From the IMG/VR virus record IMGVR_UViG_3300038318_000272, positions 1-64,000 of that record: a stretch of 64,000 bases of DNA; one strand, given 5' to 3'. Made by a program: the position numbers and the translations under genes. Of the stretch, positions 54,510-64,000 are shown piece after piece. The notes under the pieces were generated by a model that was not told where the DNA came from, searched no databases, and was given only the letters and a program-made list of their open reading frames with translations. Position 1 is the stretch's first letter; every line of letters begins with the position of its first letter. The DNA is from an uncultured virus (IMG/VR IMGVR_UViG_3300038318_000272) (Duplodnaviria > Heunggongvirae > Uroviricota > Caudoviricetes).

Positions 54510-57339
54510 AGGTCGTGCTGTTGATGAGGGGGCTAGTTATGTTGCCCGCTCTATTGAATCCGAAGAGGATTTAAGGAATGTCGTATCCTCACTCAGGGCG
54601 ATGGAGGGAACCCTTTACAAATTATCCGACAATCTCAAAATAGCTGGAGAAGAAAAACGCCAAGATTCCCTGGAAAAGAACATCAAAACCCTTAACGATG
54701 GTATAAAGGATTTAACTAACATTGCCAGAACCAGAAAGGGGGAGAGAATAGACGAAAAGGAAATTCAGAGGTTATTCGGCAAAGCCGTAAGCGGTATGCT
54801 GAAAGACCTCCAATCCTCCAGCCCCATAATAGATAAGAAACACATTTCTCATGGGTTGGACATCTCCCCTCAAGACATGGATGTTCTGAGAAAGAAATTC
54901 CTGAATTTCATCTCGACCACATTCACTTATCTTCCTCACTATAAATCATCCAAACCATCTGCTGGATTTGGAGCAGATAATGAGTTGGCTGATGATTATA
55001 ACAAATTGATGGATGAACTCATCAGTATAAAAGAGAGAGAGGTAAAACAAGCTGATAAGGCAAAGGCCCTCGAGAAGATTGAATTAGATAAGACTAAAAG
55101 GCTTATTAAGGCGAAAACCGAACAGACTGAAGCAATCGAAGAAGAAACCAAAGAGATAAAGAAAGTCAAAGGGAGACGCAGGAAGCTGGGCAGTGAGCCC
55201 CTGACTCCAGAACAGCAATCTGCTAATGAAAGACGGGCAAAAAATCACGAGGTGGCGGTAGAGAAAGAAAAAGCAAACCAGAGAAGCACATCTATCCAGA
55301 ATGCCGTAGTGCGTCTGAATATGAATAATATCAAGCGTGCTGAAGAAGGAGCAGAAGAGATTCTGAGCAACATGAGTCAGAATAAAAAACCCCTCAACAG
55401 TTTTATTCATGGGATGCAGAGGGCAATGCTACGGCATGCCAATGATGAGGATAAAGAGGAACTGCAAGCTCAATCCCCATATGGTCAGACTATGTTAAAA
55501 AGACTAATCCCTGGGATTGTGAAGCTTTCTGGGGCAGGACCGACAGACGAAGATTTAGCCAGCCCATATTTGTATAAGAACAGCAAGACTGGAGCTGAAG
55601 TCAAACTACCATATTCTTTACAAACAGCAATAGATGTAATCAATGGCAAAATCCAAGAGGTGGTCTCTTCAGTAGAGGATGTCGTTGAGAAACAAGAAGA
55701 TGTTGTAAAAGCCGTTCAAGAAAGCACGACCGTGATGGAGAGGGTGGTAAGTAAAGATGGTAAATTCGAGAAAGTAGATGGTAATTGGAGAAGGATTCAG
55801 AGAGAGGATGGTAAACAACCCCCGACTCTAGCTGAAGCCCAAGGTGCGATGATGCAAGCCATAGGTGCGATGCTTCAAGCCCCTACTACAAAGGGAGTAG
55901 TAGATACTTCTTCTCAATCAATTAACTCGGTTGTTAATTCTCCTATAACTAAATCTTGGACGACGGGTGGTTTCGTCCGAACCCCTATTACAGACAGAGA
56001 TAAAGCTCGACCACCTCGGGCCTTCACTACTTCTAACCCCCACACCAAAACTCACGGGGGTGGAAGTACCCAAACAACTCCGACCCAAAATCCAATCCCC
56101 ACATTTCCAAGGGGATACCCATCTCTTTTACCCCCATTTCCAGCAGGACCTACTCCACCCTCGCCCCCACCCCCTCCATTATGGGATAGATTTAAAACGG
56201 GAGTTAAGGACCAATATGGAGCTGTTAAAAAAGGGATGGCTGATGCTAAACGAGATAGGTATATCAGGTGGGCATCATCTCAATTTAGTAAGGGTAAATC
56301 CATCTCTGGTGGTCCTTCTGCTTTGGCCAGATTCGGTATGTGGTCGGGAGACCAATTAAACACGGGCGTGAATATAGGCAAGAGTGCAGTCCAGACAGCT
56401 ACCAACATAGGAGATAAAGCAAAAAGTGGTTCTGTATCTCAATCTATTGCTAAGTCATCCAAAATATCCAGTGCGCTATGGAATCTGGGTGGCGGAGATG
56501 AATCAGAGGAGAAGGGTGAGGAGAAATCGGGCATGGCTAAAATGGCCGTGGGGTTAGGTATAGTCATTGCTATTCTAAAGAAACTCACCGAATCCTCCCC
56601 CATCCTCAAAGCAGTATTAGAATTGTTCAACCTAGGTATGACCCTATTCTTCATGCCGTTCGGTAATATGCTGGGAGAGGTCCTACTCCCCTTCATGATG
56701 CAGTTCATAGACCTCATGGTGAAGTGGAACATCTTCATGTCAGACCTTCCTGCTAAATTGGGAGAGTGGTTTGCACAAATACCTGAACGGATAAAGAATT
56801 GGTGGGATGGGGTCAAGGCTTGGTTCGTTGGGCTAAGGTCTATGTTCATAGATTGGATTGTGGGCGGTCTATTATGGTTATGGGATAAACTTAATTTTGC
56901 ATTAAGTGTCTATAAGAAAATCTTTCTTGACTTGCCAGTTGCGATTGCACTCAAAATATGGGATTATATGAAACAGATTCCCACGATGATAGCAAATGTA
57001 ATCAAAGGCGCACTTGGCATGGGTGAGGGAGGGGTAATTGATACTGTAACTGGTACGGTAGGGAACGCCGTATCATCTGTTAAAGGTCTCCTTGGGTTCG
57101 CAGAAGGTGGATATGTTCCTGCCAAACCTGGTGGAACACCCATTATAGTGGGAGAGGGTGGTAAAGGTGAGTTCATAGTACCCGAAGGCTCCGCAATCAA
57201 ATCTATAAGTGGAAACACGGGTTCCAGCGGTAGTGTGGTCAACATCTCTATCTCAGGGAACGTGTACGGTGTCAATGACTTGGAAAGAGTAATCAAGAAC
57301 GCCGTAGATGATTCAATGAACAAGGCGAGGTATAGATAA
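54502..57339 (+). CDS. tape measure protein
   Basis: 945 aa, coiled-coil and W-periodic amphipathic region, C-terminal FAEGGYV..VGEGG.GEFIVP. Confidence 0.8.
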   Translation: MGRGRAVDEGASYVARSIESEEDLRNVVSSLRAMEGTLYKLSDNLKIAGEEKRQDSLEKNIKTLNDGIKDLTNIARTRKGERIDEKEIQRLFGKAVSGMLKDLQSSSPIIDKKHISHGLDISPQDMDVLRKKFLNFISTTFTYLPHYKSSKPSAGFGADNELADDYNKLMDELISIKEREVKQADKAKALEKIELDKTKRLIKAKTEQTEAIEEETKEIKKVKGRRRKLGSEPLTPEQQSANERRAKNHEVAVEKEKANQRSTSIQNAVVRLNMNNIKRAEEGAEEILSNMSQNKKPLNSFIHGMQRAMLRHANDEDKEELQAQSPYGQTMLKRLIPGIVKLSGAGPTDEDLASPYLYKNSKTGAEVKLPYSLQTAIDVINGKIQEVVSSVEDVVEKQEDVVKAVQESTTVMERVVSKDGKFEKVDGNWRRIQREDGKQPPTLAEAQGAMMQAIGAMLQAPTTKGVVDTSSQSINSVVNSPITKSWTTGGFVRTPITDRDKARPPRAFTTSNPHTKTHGGGSTQTTPTQNPIPTFPRGYPSLLPPFPAGPTPPSPPPPPLWDRFKTGVKDQYGAVKKGMADAKRDRYIRWASSQFSKGKSISGGPSALARFGMWSGDQLNTGVNIGKSAVQTATNIGDKAKSGSVSQSIAKSSKISSALWNLGGGDESEEKGEEKSGMAKMAVGLGIVIAILKKLTESSPILKAVLELFNLGMTLFFMPFGNMLGEVLLPFMMQFIDLMVKWNIFMSDLPAKLGEWFAQIPERIKNWWDGVKAWFVGLRSMFIDWIVGGLLWLWDKLNFALSVYKKIFLDLPVAIALKIWDYMKQIPTMIANVIKGALGMGEGGVIDTVTGTVGNAVSSVKGLLGFAEGGYVPAKPGGTPIIVGEGGKGEFIVPEGSAIKSISGNTGSSGSVVNISISGNVYGVNDLERVIKNAVDDSMNKARYR

Positions 57340-57896
57340 TGACTGTAACATCACTTAAACACGCAGATAAATATTCTATATGGATTTCTACGGGTCCTGC
57401 ATCCTCTTCTAATTCATTCGTCTATGTAGGCAGTGAGGCTTCAATCTCCTATGGTGTGAACTACGGGGGGACTGTAATGGGCATACTCGGAAAGAGGCCG
57501 AGTGGCGCAATCTACATGGACGGAACAGGCGGTGCAGTAGGTAACATCAAGATAAGTGGAGCAAAAAGGGCGAACCCCAAGACCACATCAACATTAGATG
57601 ATGGAGAAACCGTCGCTCAATCAGACTTAATCGGAAAGGGTGTTGTTTCCAATAAGAAATTCATAGAGACAATGGAGGATTTGATATCGGCAACACAGAT
57701 GTTTCAAAACGCATACATCATCAGGTTATACGGCCTTTCCAAAACAGAGGAGAGGACAGACAAAAAGGGCTATAGGGAATTGTATTTCTTCATAACATCA
57801 TGTAATACCTCTATAGATTTTTCAAGACCCAATGAGCTAAGCGTAGACTTATCAGGATACATCAGGAACAAAGAGCCTAAATTCGGAGGGAGATAA
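57339..57896 (+). CDS. putative distal tail protein
   Basis: Position after TMP; beta-rich. Confidence 0.45.
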   Translation: MTVTSLKHADKYSIWISTGPASSSNSFVYVGSEASISYGVNYGGTVMGILGKRPSGAIYMDGTGGAVGNIKISGAKRANPKTTSTLDDGETVAQSDLIGKGVVSNKKFIETMEDLISATQMFQNAYIIRLYGLSKTEERTDKKGYRELYFFITSCNTSIDFSRPNELSVDLSGYIRNKEPKFGGR

Positions 57897-58432
57897 TGGG
57901 GAGATACGATTTCTATCTGGGTCCGTCCGACCGCACATATTCTCTTTGGAAACTGAATAACATCCTGTCTATAGATATGGAGTTCTCCAAGAAGAGCACA
58001 CCGTTCGGAGTGCCTACATATCCCGCAAGGTCTGCAATGATGTTCGATATGGAAGGTCCTGTGAGGAAAATCTCTATCAAAGGAATCAGGAACGAGCAGA
58101 CGGAAGCCGTATCGAATTGGGATTTCATATTCACCAAGAACAATCTCATCCCAGGGGATTTCTCTCTCATGGGAAGGCCAAAAAAGAACCCGATATACAT
58201 GGGATTGGAATGGGCAACATCTGTTATGCAGATAACATATCCTTTCACATTAATCATAGATTACGTTCCCGATACATCAGTATCCGACCCAGACGTTAAT
58301 CTGGATGATAATGCTTATATACAAGGAGAATATTGTGTATCTGTGTCAAATCTTTCTTTCAAATTCGACCCGAAGGACATAGGTTTACTTTCCTATCAGA
58401 TTGATTTAATTGAGAGGAGGCCGTGGAAATGA
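57896..58432 (+). CDS. putative distal tail/tube-initiator protein
   Basis: Position; DMEGPVRKISIKG. Confidence 0.45.
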   Translation: MGRYDFYLGPSDRTYSLWKLNNILSIDMEFSKKSTPFGVPTYPARSAMMFDMEGPVRKISIKGIRNEQTEAVSNWDFIFTKNNLIPGDFSLMGRPKKNPIYMGLEWATSVMQITYPFTLIIDYVPDTSVSDPDVNLDDNAYIQGEYCVSVSNLSFKFDPKDIGLLSYQIDLIERRPWK

Positions 58433-61400
58433 GTCTGATTAAAATCACATATTACAAATTCAGAAAGGATGTTATGGCGGGGGTGGAATCCCATGAGGAT
58501 TTCTACGATTCAGAGGAATTATATTTGATTCCGCCTGCGATATTCGATACGGAAGCCTATGAGGTGGATTACTATTATACGTGGGTGAATGGGGCGATAG
58601 GAGAGATATTCTATCCAGGCACTCTGATTCAACCACCCGAATCCCCAAACCCCCCGATATTTAATGCAGACACGGAACTCTATACAGCATGGAAGGACGG
58701 AACGAGGGGGAATCTGGTTCTGGTCTACGATGATATTTCAATAGACATCTCTGATTTGTTATTGGGTGCAGGCGTGGCATACGGAAAGAATCAACCGTTC
58801 CCTTATGGAGAGGTATCCATTTCTAAACAGATGTTCAATTCAGATGATTATTGGGCATCGAGGGCGGAGATGAGTGCTTATCAAGGAGAATCCCCTCCGA
58901 TAACGAACAAGCCAATCCTCATCCAAGGCTCTACCAGAATAAAGATAGGGGTGTACGGAATAGAGGGGGAATGGGAATTCCAGAAGACCAAGGATGACGG
59001 GCAGAAATACTCTCTCGTATGCGTACATCCTGCTCACAGGCTTAAGGATTTGAAATTAGATACGTTATTCGAGGTAAAGGACTATAACGAGGGTGGGCCG
59101 TCTGTCAAGTTCCCTAATATATTCGGAGATGCCCCATTCGCTCTGAATCCAAATTCATCTATTACGGGCCCACCCAAAATATGGGAGATTACTAATTTCA
59201 TGGGGTCGAATGTAACTGTGTATGTAGAGGTCGGTGTACCCACATCCCCCACCGTAAGCAGGATAGAGGGTACTCACGCCAACATATTCAAACTATTGGT
59301 TCATTTAGGATTAGGAATAGATTACAGCGATATGATGGTGGATGCAGGCACCACATACATCTCTCAAGGATACACATTCAATACCACATACACCTCAACA
59401 GAGATGGACGCTTTAAAAGCAAACAAATCACCTGTGAGTTCTAACTCTCAATTAGCGACCACGTCCCTGCGTGCTCAAGGCAATGCATGGGAAGCATTAC
59501 TCTCTCTGGGTTATATGGTCAATGCCGATATATTCTTCTACGACAAAGCGTATTTCGTAGATTATCAATCCCCCGACACAGTAGTAGATAAACTGCATCT
59601 GAATTACGGGAATGAAGCGGTAGACGGATGGGTTACGGAAGAGGTAATCAATATCGTTAAGAATAAGGACCAAGGCTCTCAGGCGATTCAGACCGCTCAA
59701 ACCGTGCATTCTGAGAACTATTCAACCTCTATTTCCGTGAGCGGGGGTGCGAATACTATCATAGAAGGAGCGGATGTGAAGTGCCTCATACCTGACTACA
59801 TCCCAACCTTTGACGTACCCTCATCTAAGGACAATAAGATTTATCAGGTAAAGACTATCGCTCTTAATCTATTATTGAAGAACTATCTGCCTGGAGATGT
59901 TATCTCCTACAGCACATCAGAGATAAGACGTGCTGATGTTCAATACCCTGAAGATTTTAATATTCAATCAGTTACTGATAAAGCAGTAGGTACGATTGCA
60001 CAGGTCGGTACGGGATATTTCTCAGATTACTACATCTATGTTCAGAATCCCGATGAGAGCAAGGTATGGATAGAGTATAAGTTCAACGTAACTCCTCAGA
60101 GAAAAGAGAAATATTCGATTTATTCCTTTGCGAATGAGATACACGATGCACAGAACAACCTGGATTTAGTTGACACAAAATTAGCGTTGACGCACATCTC
60201 TTATCCTTCGTGCATCACTACTTACGTCTGGGGTAATCCTGAGTTCCTAGATGCGGAACAGGCAATGACTGATGTGGAGATGGGGGTGGCGGATGCTACT
60301 ATATCGGGAACGGATGATACGCAGATATCAGATAAATACTCTGCGATGATGGTGTACGGAAATCTGGGCGTGAGTGAATTACCTGAAGACAGGGACGGAT
60401 TCACTGGGATGATATTGGAGAAGAATTGGGATAAGGAATTGTATCGGTTTGTCGGATATGAAGATGGTAAAGAGCAGGCAATGTTCGATACAGATGGAAG
60501 GATAACGGCTGGTGGCGGAGATGTTACTCTCGATGAAGATGGGCTGACAATCCATTACGATTCCACGTCTGAAGAATTCACATCAAAAAACGCTTTAAAA
60601 TTCAAAAGGACAACGGATGGAATAGACACCTTCAGGTTGTTTGTAACTCGGTTTTATGACAACATTGCAGGGTTGGGGTTAGCTGGTAATATAACATGCC
60701 CCCCAGTGGGTGATGCGTATTCTGAAATTAGACTTTTTAACAGAAAATATATATTGGAAGGTCTTGGAGGGTATAAATTCCTTGAAAAGGCTCTTGTTTC
60801 CACAAACTCACTCCCTGGTACAAAGGGTGCAGTATGTGTCGTTTATGATGAAAATGGAGCATTTCAAAGTACCCATTCTTTTAATGGTGACACTGCCTTT
60901 TCTGGGATGTACTCTTCTGAGGGACAACTCTTTTCCCCCCACGATACTATCGGAGGAAGCCATTGGGCCATATATACCTTTGGATTAACTAGCTCAGCCG
61001 TTGCCCCTCTGGGGGGCGAAAGGCCGTGGTTAATTGAATTTGATATCCGAAATAATGGGTCCGTCGGATTAGAGGTGTTTATAAGTTATTTTCCATATGC
61101 AGTGGGTGGTGCAGATTCAGAAGAATACACAACCCCTTCTCAATTCGTTTCTTCTGGGGAAAGAAAAACAATGACATTTGAATTGGATAGGATGCCCCAC
61201 GATGGTCTCACCGAATTATCAATCTGTGTGAAAGGCTATAACACATATGGAGGCACCAGATATATGCCGTCGATTTACATATATAACTTGAAAAGAAGAA
61301 CTTACGACTCTCTTAATCTCCCCTCTACTGCAGGAGGGGCAGATTTAAGAGTATCTGAAGGGAAGATTACGATTAATGGATATTTAGATGGGGCGTTTCG

Positions 61401-61725
61401 TTTAGGTGGGGGTGCGGTTTCTTCTTTTAAAGATTATTTCAAAACAATAAATCTTTACAACAAATCCTCAGCAACATATTCAGCAAACACCTGGTATAAG
61501 AACGACGCAATTCACCCCCTCTTTATTATGAGAAGTAGGGCAAGTCAATGGGGAAGCGTATATATTGCAAGACTTCCTGGCGTAGATGCAGAACTAATAT
61601 CTGGCCATAGTGATATATACAATGGAGATGGTCGACACTCAATTTCGATAATCGTTCCGCCCCAGTGGTATTTTAGATTCACAGAGAATTATTCATCTGG
61701 TATGAAATTTCATTTGGGGTTGTGA
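58423..61725 (+). CDS. large tail tip/baseplate hub protein
   Basis: 1100 aa in tail module; ITAGGGDVTLDEDGLTI beta-repeat. Confidence 0.6.
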   Translation: MEMSLIKITYYKFRKDVMAGVESHEDFYDSEELYLIPPAIFDTEAYEVDYYYTWVNGAIGEIFYPGTLIQPPESPNPPIFNADTELYTAWKDGTRGNLVLVYDDISIDISDLLLGAGVAYGKNQPFPYGEVSISKQMFNSDDYWASRAEMSAYQGESPPITNKPILIQGSTRIKIGVYGIEGEWEFQKTKDDGQKYSLVCVHPAHRLKDLKLDTLFEVKDYNEGGPSVKFPNIFGDAPFALNPNSSITGPPKIWEITNFMGSNVTVYVEVGVPTSPTVSRIEGTHANIFKLLVHLGLGIDYSDMMVDAGTTYISQGYTFNTTYTSTEMDALKANKSPVSSNSQLATTSLRAQGNAWEALLSLGYMVNADIFFYDKAYFVDYQSPDTVVDKLHLNYGNEAVDGWVTEEVINIVKNKDQGSQAIQTAQTVHSENYSTSISVSGGANTIIEGADVKCLIPDYIPTFDVPSSKDNKIYQVKTIALNLLLKNYLPGDVISYSTSEIRRADVQYPEDFNIQSVTDKAVGTIAQVGTGYFSDYYIYVQNPDESKVWIEYKFNVTPQRKEKYSIYSFANEIHDAQNNLDLVDTKLALTHISYPSCITTYVWGNPEFLDAEQAMTDVEMGVADATISGTDDTQISDKYSAMMVYGNLGVSELPEDRDGFTGMILEKNWDKELYRFVGYEDGKEQAMFDTDGRITAGGGDVTLDEDGLTIHYDSTSEEFTSKNALKFKRTTDGIDTFRLFVTRFYDNIAGLGLAGNITCPPVGDAYSEIRLFNRKYILEGLGGYKFLEKALVSTNSLPGTKGAVCVVYDENGAFQSTHSFNGDTAFSGMYSSEGQLFSPHDTIGGSHWAIYTFGLTSSAVAPLGGERPWLIEFDIRNNGSVGLEVFISYFPYAVGGADSEEYTTPSQFVSSGERKTMTFELDRMPHDGLTELSICVKGYNTYGGTRYMPSIYIYNLKRRTYDSLNLPSTAGGADLRVSEGKITINGYLDGAFRLGGGAVSSFKDYFKTINLYNKSSATYSANTWYKNDAIHPLFIMRSRASQWGSVYIARLPGVDAELISGHSDIYNGDGRHSISIIVPPQWYFRFTENYSSGMKFHLGL

Positions 61726-61729
61726 TAAT

Positions 61730-62119
61730 ATGATTTATTTCGACATAAACAAGACAGCATACGGGTTTGAAATACCAGACCCATTAGCAACGATAGATGA
61801 AGAGACTTGGAGAACCTATAGCGATTCATTGTTGGGCACAGATTATGATATACTTGATGGAGTTTTCACAACATTTACTTCAAAGGAAGATTTGGAAAAA
61901 AGGAGTTTAGATTCAGTACGAGAGTCTGAACGTAAGGCTAGATACGTAGAAGCAGAAAACCACATTGCAAAACATGATGATTTTATTTTCTTGGGAGTGG
62001 ATATGGGTTCACACACTCAACAAAAAACAATGTGGATGCAATACAAGATGGCAGTAAGAGAAACGGTCAACCAACCCAACTATCCCTATGAAGTAGAATA
62101 TCCTGAGCAACCACATTGA
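61730..62119 (+). CDS. tail fibre assembly chaperone-like protein
   Basis: C-terminal WMQYKMAVRE..NQPNYPYEVEYPEQP resembles Tfa/XkdW-type tails. Confidence 0.6.
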   Translation: MIYFDINKTAYGFEIPDPLATIDEETWRTYSDSLLGTDYDILDGVFTTFTSKEDLEKRSLDSVRESERKARYVEAENHIAKHDDFIFLGVDMGSHTQQKTMWMQYKMAVRETVNQPNYPYEVEYPEQPH

Positions 62120-62168
62120 CCTTTGAGATTTATTATATATCACGCAATACATCCCAACCTGAGTAATC

Positions 62169-64000
62169 ATGCACATCAGAAAGACTTATATAGGTAGCGA
62201 TACACGCAGACTTCTCCCTGAAAAAGTAGAGTTCGCAGGAGTGTCAGGAGACAACGAGACTGCTACGCTCATATTCGAGTTCCCTGAGACCTATGCAGAT
62301 TATGATAAGTATATAGAGTGGAACATTGAGATTCCTTTCCCTGATTCTAAAAAGACCTTTAAACCCCTCTATCCCCTCACAGATGATTCGTTCGTAATCC
62401 CTCGCAGACTGACCAAGGTCTGCAACGGATTGGATGTTGATTTCAATCTGGTATTCGTCAAGGATAACACACTCATTGAAAAATCACTGCAATCTACAGT
62501 GCATTTTGCAACTTCGGCGAACGGAGATGCGATAGATGATGAAACAGATGAGACATCGCCTCTCTATATGTTAATCGCTAATGCACACATAAAGGCAGAA
62601 TATTCAGAGAATGACGTATCGTACAGACCTCAAATCACATTCACAGCCCTAGACGGCTCAACACAGACCTTAACTCTTAACATGCCTTATCTGAACGATG
62701 CAGGCAAGATTCCCGACTATTTCCTAGACAAGGTATTCGTAGTAGAGATATTCTCTATTGCCTCAGTCAATGACCTAATATCCCTCACGGAGGCACGTAA
62801 GTCGGATTGGGCAATCACGCCCGAACAAGACCTATATCTGCTCACGGGCGAGGACTACAGCATCAGTTCCAATTGGCTGAAAGTCTATTCTCACGACCCG
62901 ACCTACAACTCAATCACCATAAGCAACAAATCTACTACGGGCTCTTTAGAAGTATTAGGCAATACTAGATTAATCGGGGATTTAGACGTAGATAGTAACT
63001 TAAACGTATCCCAAGATGTCTCAGTAACAGGAAGTGTCACCACGGGCACGCTAGAGGCCCTACAGGACGTTCTGATAGGAGGCAATGCGGAAGTAGGCGG
63101 AGACCTCTTAGTGAACGGGAGCATCAACACAGTTATAGATGTTCACGCAAGCAATGATTTATCTTCTGCAAGAGATACGACCGTCGGAAGGGATTTGAGA
63201 GTGGATGGGAACGCCTCGGTTGGCGGAGATTTGTTGGTGGAAGGTAGCATTAACACTGTTATCAACGTCAACGCACAGAATGATTTGACCTCGGTGAGAG
63301 ACATCAAATCTGGCAGGAATCTCGAAGTAGAGGGCACAACCCTGCTCAAAGGAGATGTAACGGCATTATCGAGAGTAAATATTACAGGAGATGTGCTGAT
63401 TGGCGGTAACACCGAGATAAAAGGAGATTTAGACGTAGACGGTAGCATAGATACAGTTATTAACGTCAATGCGCAGACAGACCTTACAGCAGGACAAGAC
63501 CTCAAAGCAACAAGGAATCTGGAGATAGGCGGAACGTCTACCTTGAAAGGAGATGTGCTTGTCGAGGCTGATTTACAGGCAGGTGGAGGTATAAATACTT
63601 CCCTCAGTGGGAATTCTCCCGTTGTTACTGATGCAAATGGGAAATTGACTGTTGCAAATATCTCAGTATCGGACTTAGAGAATTTAACGGGGATTGAGGG
63701 GAACGTTCAACTACAGATTGATACGAAAGAAGATAAAATCAACAAAGTTAATAGTTGGGCTGGAACCCCAAGTGATGTTTCTTATCCCTCTGAGAAATTA
63801 GTTAAGTCCTCTCTGGATACAAAGGTTGATAAGAACACAGCAATAACCTCCGATACCAAATGTAAAGTAACCTATGATGCAAAAGGATTGGTTACAGGTG
63901 GTGCGGATTTAGCAGACACGGATGTTCCACCTCTCTCCACATCCAAGATTGTCGGACTTGATACAACTCTGTCGGGGATTAATACCACATTGGGGACAAA
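62169..64000 (+). CDS. tail fibre/baseplate protein (BppU-like N-terminus, beta-repeats), truncated by window end
   Basis: Absent from ORF track because no stop occurs in the window; MHIRKTY..GVSGDNETATLIFEFP; GDLxVxG repeats about 62950-63590. Confidence 0.7.
   Translation, partial: MHIRKTYIGSDTRRLLPEKVEFAGVSGDNETATLIFEFPETYADYDKYIEWNIEIPFPDSKKTFKPLYPLTDDSFVIPRRLTKVCNGLDVDFNLVFVKDNTLIEKSLQSTVHFATSANGDAIDDETDETSPLYMLIANAHIKAEYSENDVSYRPQITFTALDGSTQTLTLNMPYLNDAGKIPDYFLDKVFVVEIFSIASVNDLISLTEARKSDWAITPEQDLYLLTGEDYSISSNWLKVYSHDPTYNSITISNKSTTGSLEVLGNTRLIGDLDVDSNLNVSQDVSVTGSVTTGTLEALQDVLIGGNAEVGGDLLVNGSINTVIDVHASNDLSSARDTTVGRDLRVDGNASVGGDLLVEGSINTVINVNAQNDLTSVRDIKSGRNLEVEGTTLLKGDVTALSRVNITGDVLIGGNTEIKGDLDVDGSIDTVINVNAQTDLTAGQDLKATRNLEIGGTSTLKGDVLVEADLQAGGGINTSLSGNSPVVTDANGKLTVANISVSDLENLTGIEGNVQLQIDTKEDKINKVNSWAGTPSDVSYPSEKLVKSSLDTKVDKNTAITSDTKCKVTYDAKGLVTGGADLADTDVPPLSTSKIVGLDTTLSGINTTLGT

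Noticed and set aside
1..64000. Integrase/att sites, reverse transcriptase (DGR or retron), DNA polymerase, tail sheath
   Set aside because: No recognisable motifs in this window; they could lie outside it.

Overview
This window is most of the genome of a large head-tailed (siphovirus-like) archaeal virus. The archaeal assignment rests on RadA, PCNA, TATA-type promoters and a tRNA-Gln with the archaeal A1-U72 pair. An anaerobic, possibly Methanomassiliicoccales-like host is only an inference. Layout: 1-10 kb nucleotide-metabolism and counter-defence genes (RusA, class III RNR NrdD with a mini-intein, a free-standing intein-like HNH protein, DUF3310, metallophosphoesterase, Tad2/DUF2829, ASCH). 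10-27.5 kb is a minus-strand array of small, mostly acidic orphan genes in many short transcription units. 27.7-42.3 kb holds terminase (with a class 3 intein) and replication/recombination genes (SF2 helicase, Cas4-like nuclease, annealing protein, PCNA, VapE helicase with an iteron-like origin, RadA). 43.8-64 kb is the plus-strand virion module. The most unusual signal is in the 11-26 kb array, where a composite intergenic module recurs about 8 times. It comprises a cluster of 16-bp palindromic sites (WACY-N8-RGTW, more than 20 copies in total), a hairpin of variable sequence but conserved pairing, a conserved G-rich tract, a T-run and a GGGG-TATA-CTGACGG box. The genes between modules include at least five paralogous acidic proteins. 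A poly-G frameshifted DNA methyltransferase and several candidate ncRNAs lie nearby. All protein calls come from motif recognition by eye; no database searches were run.
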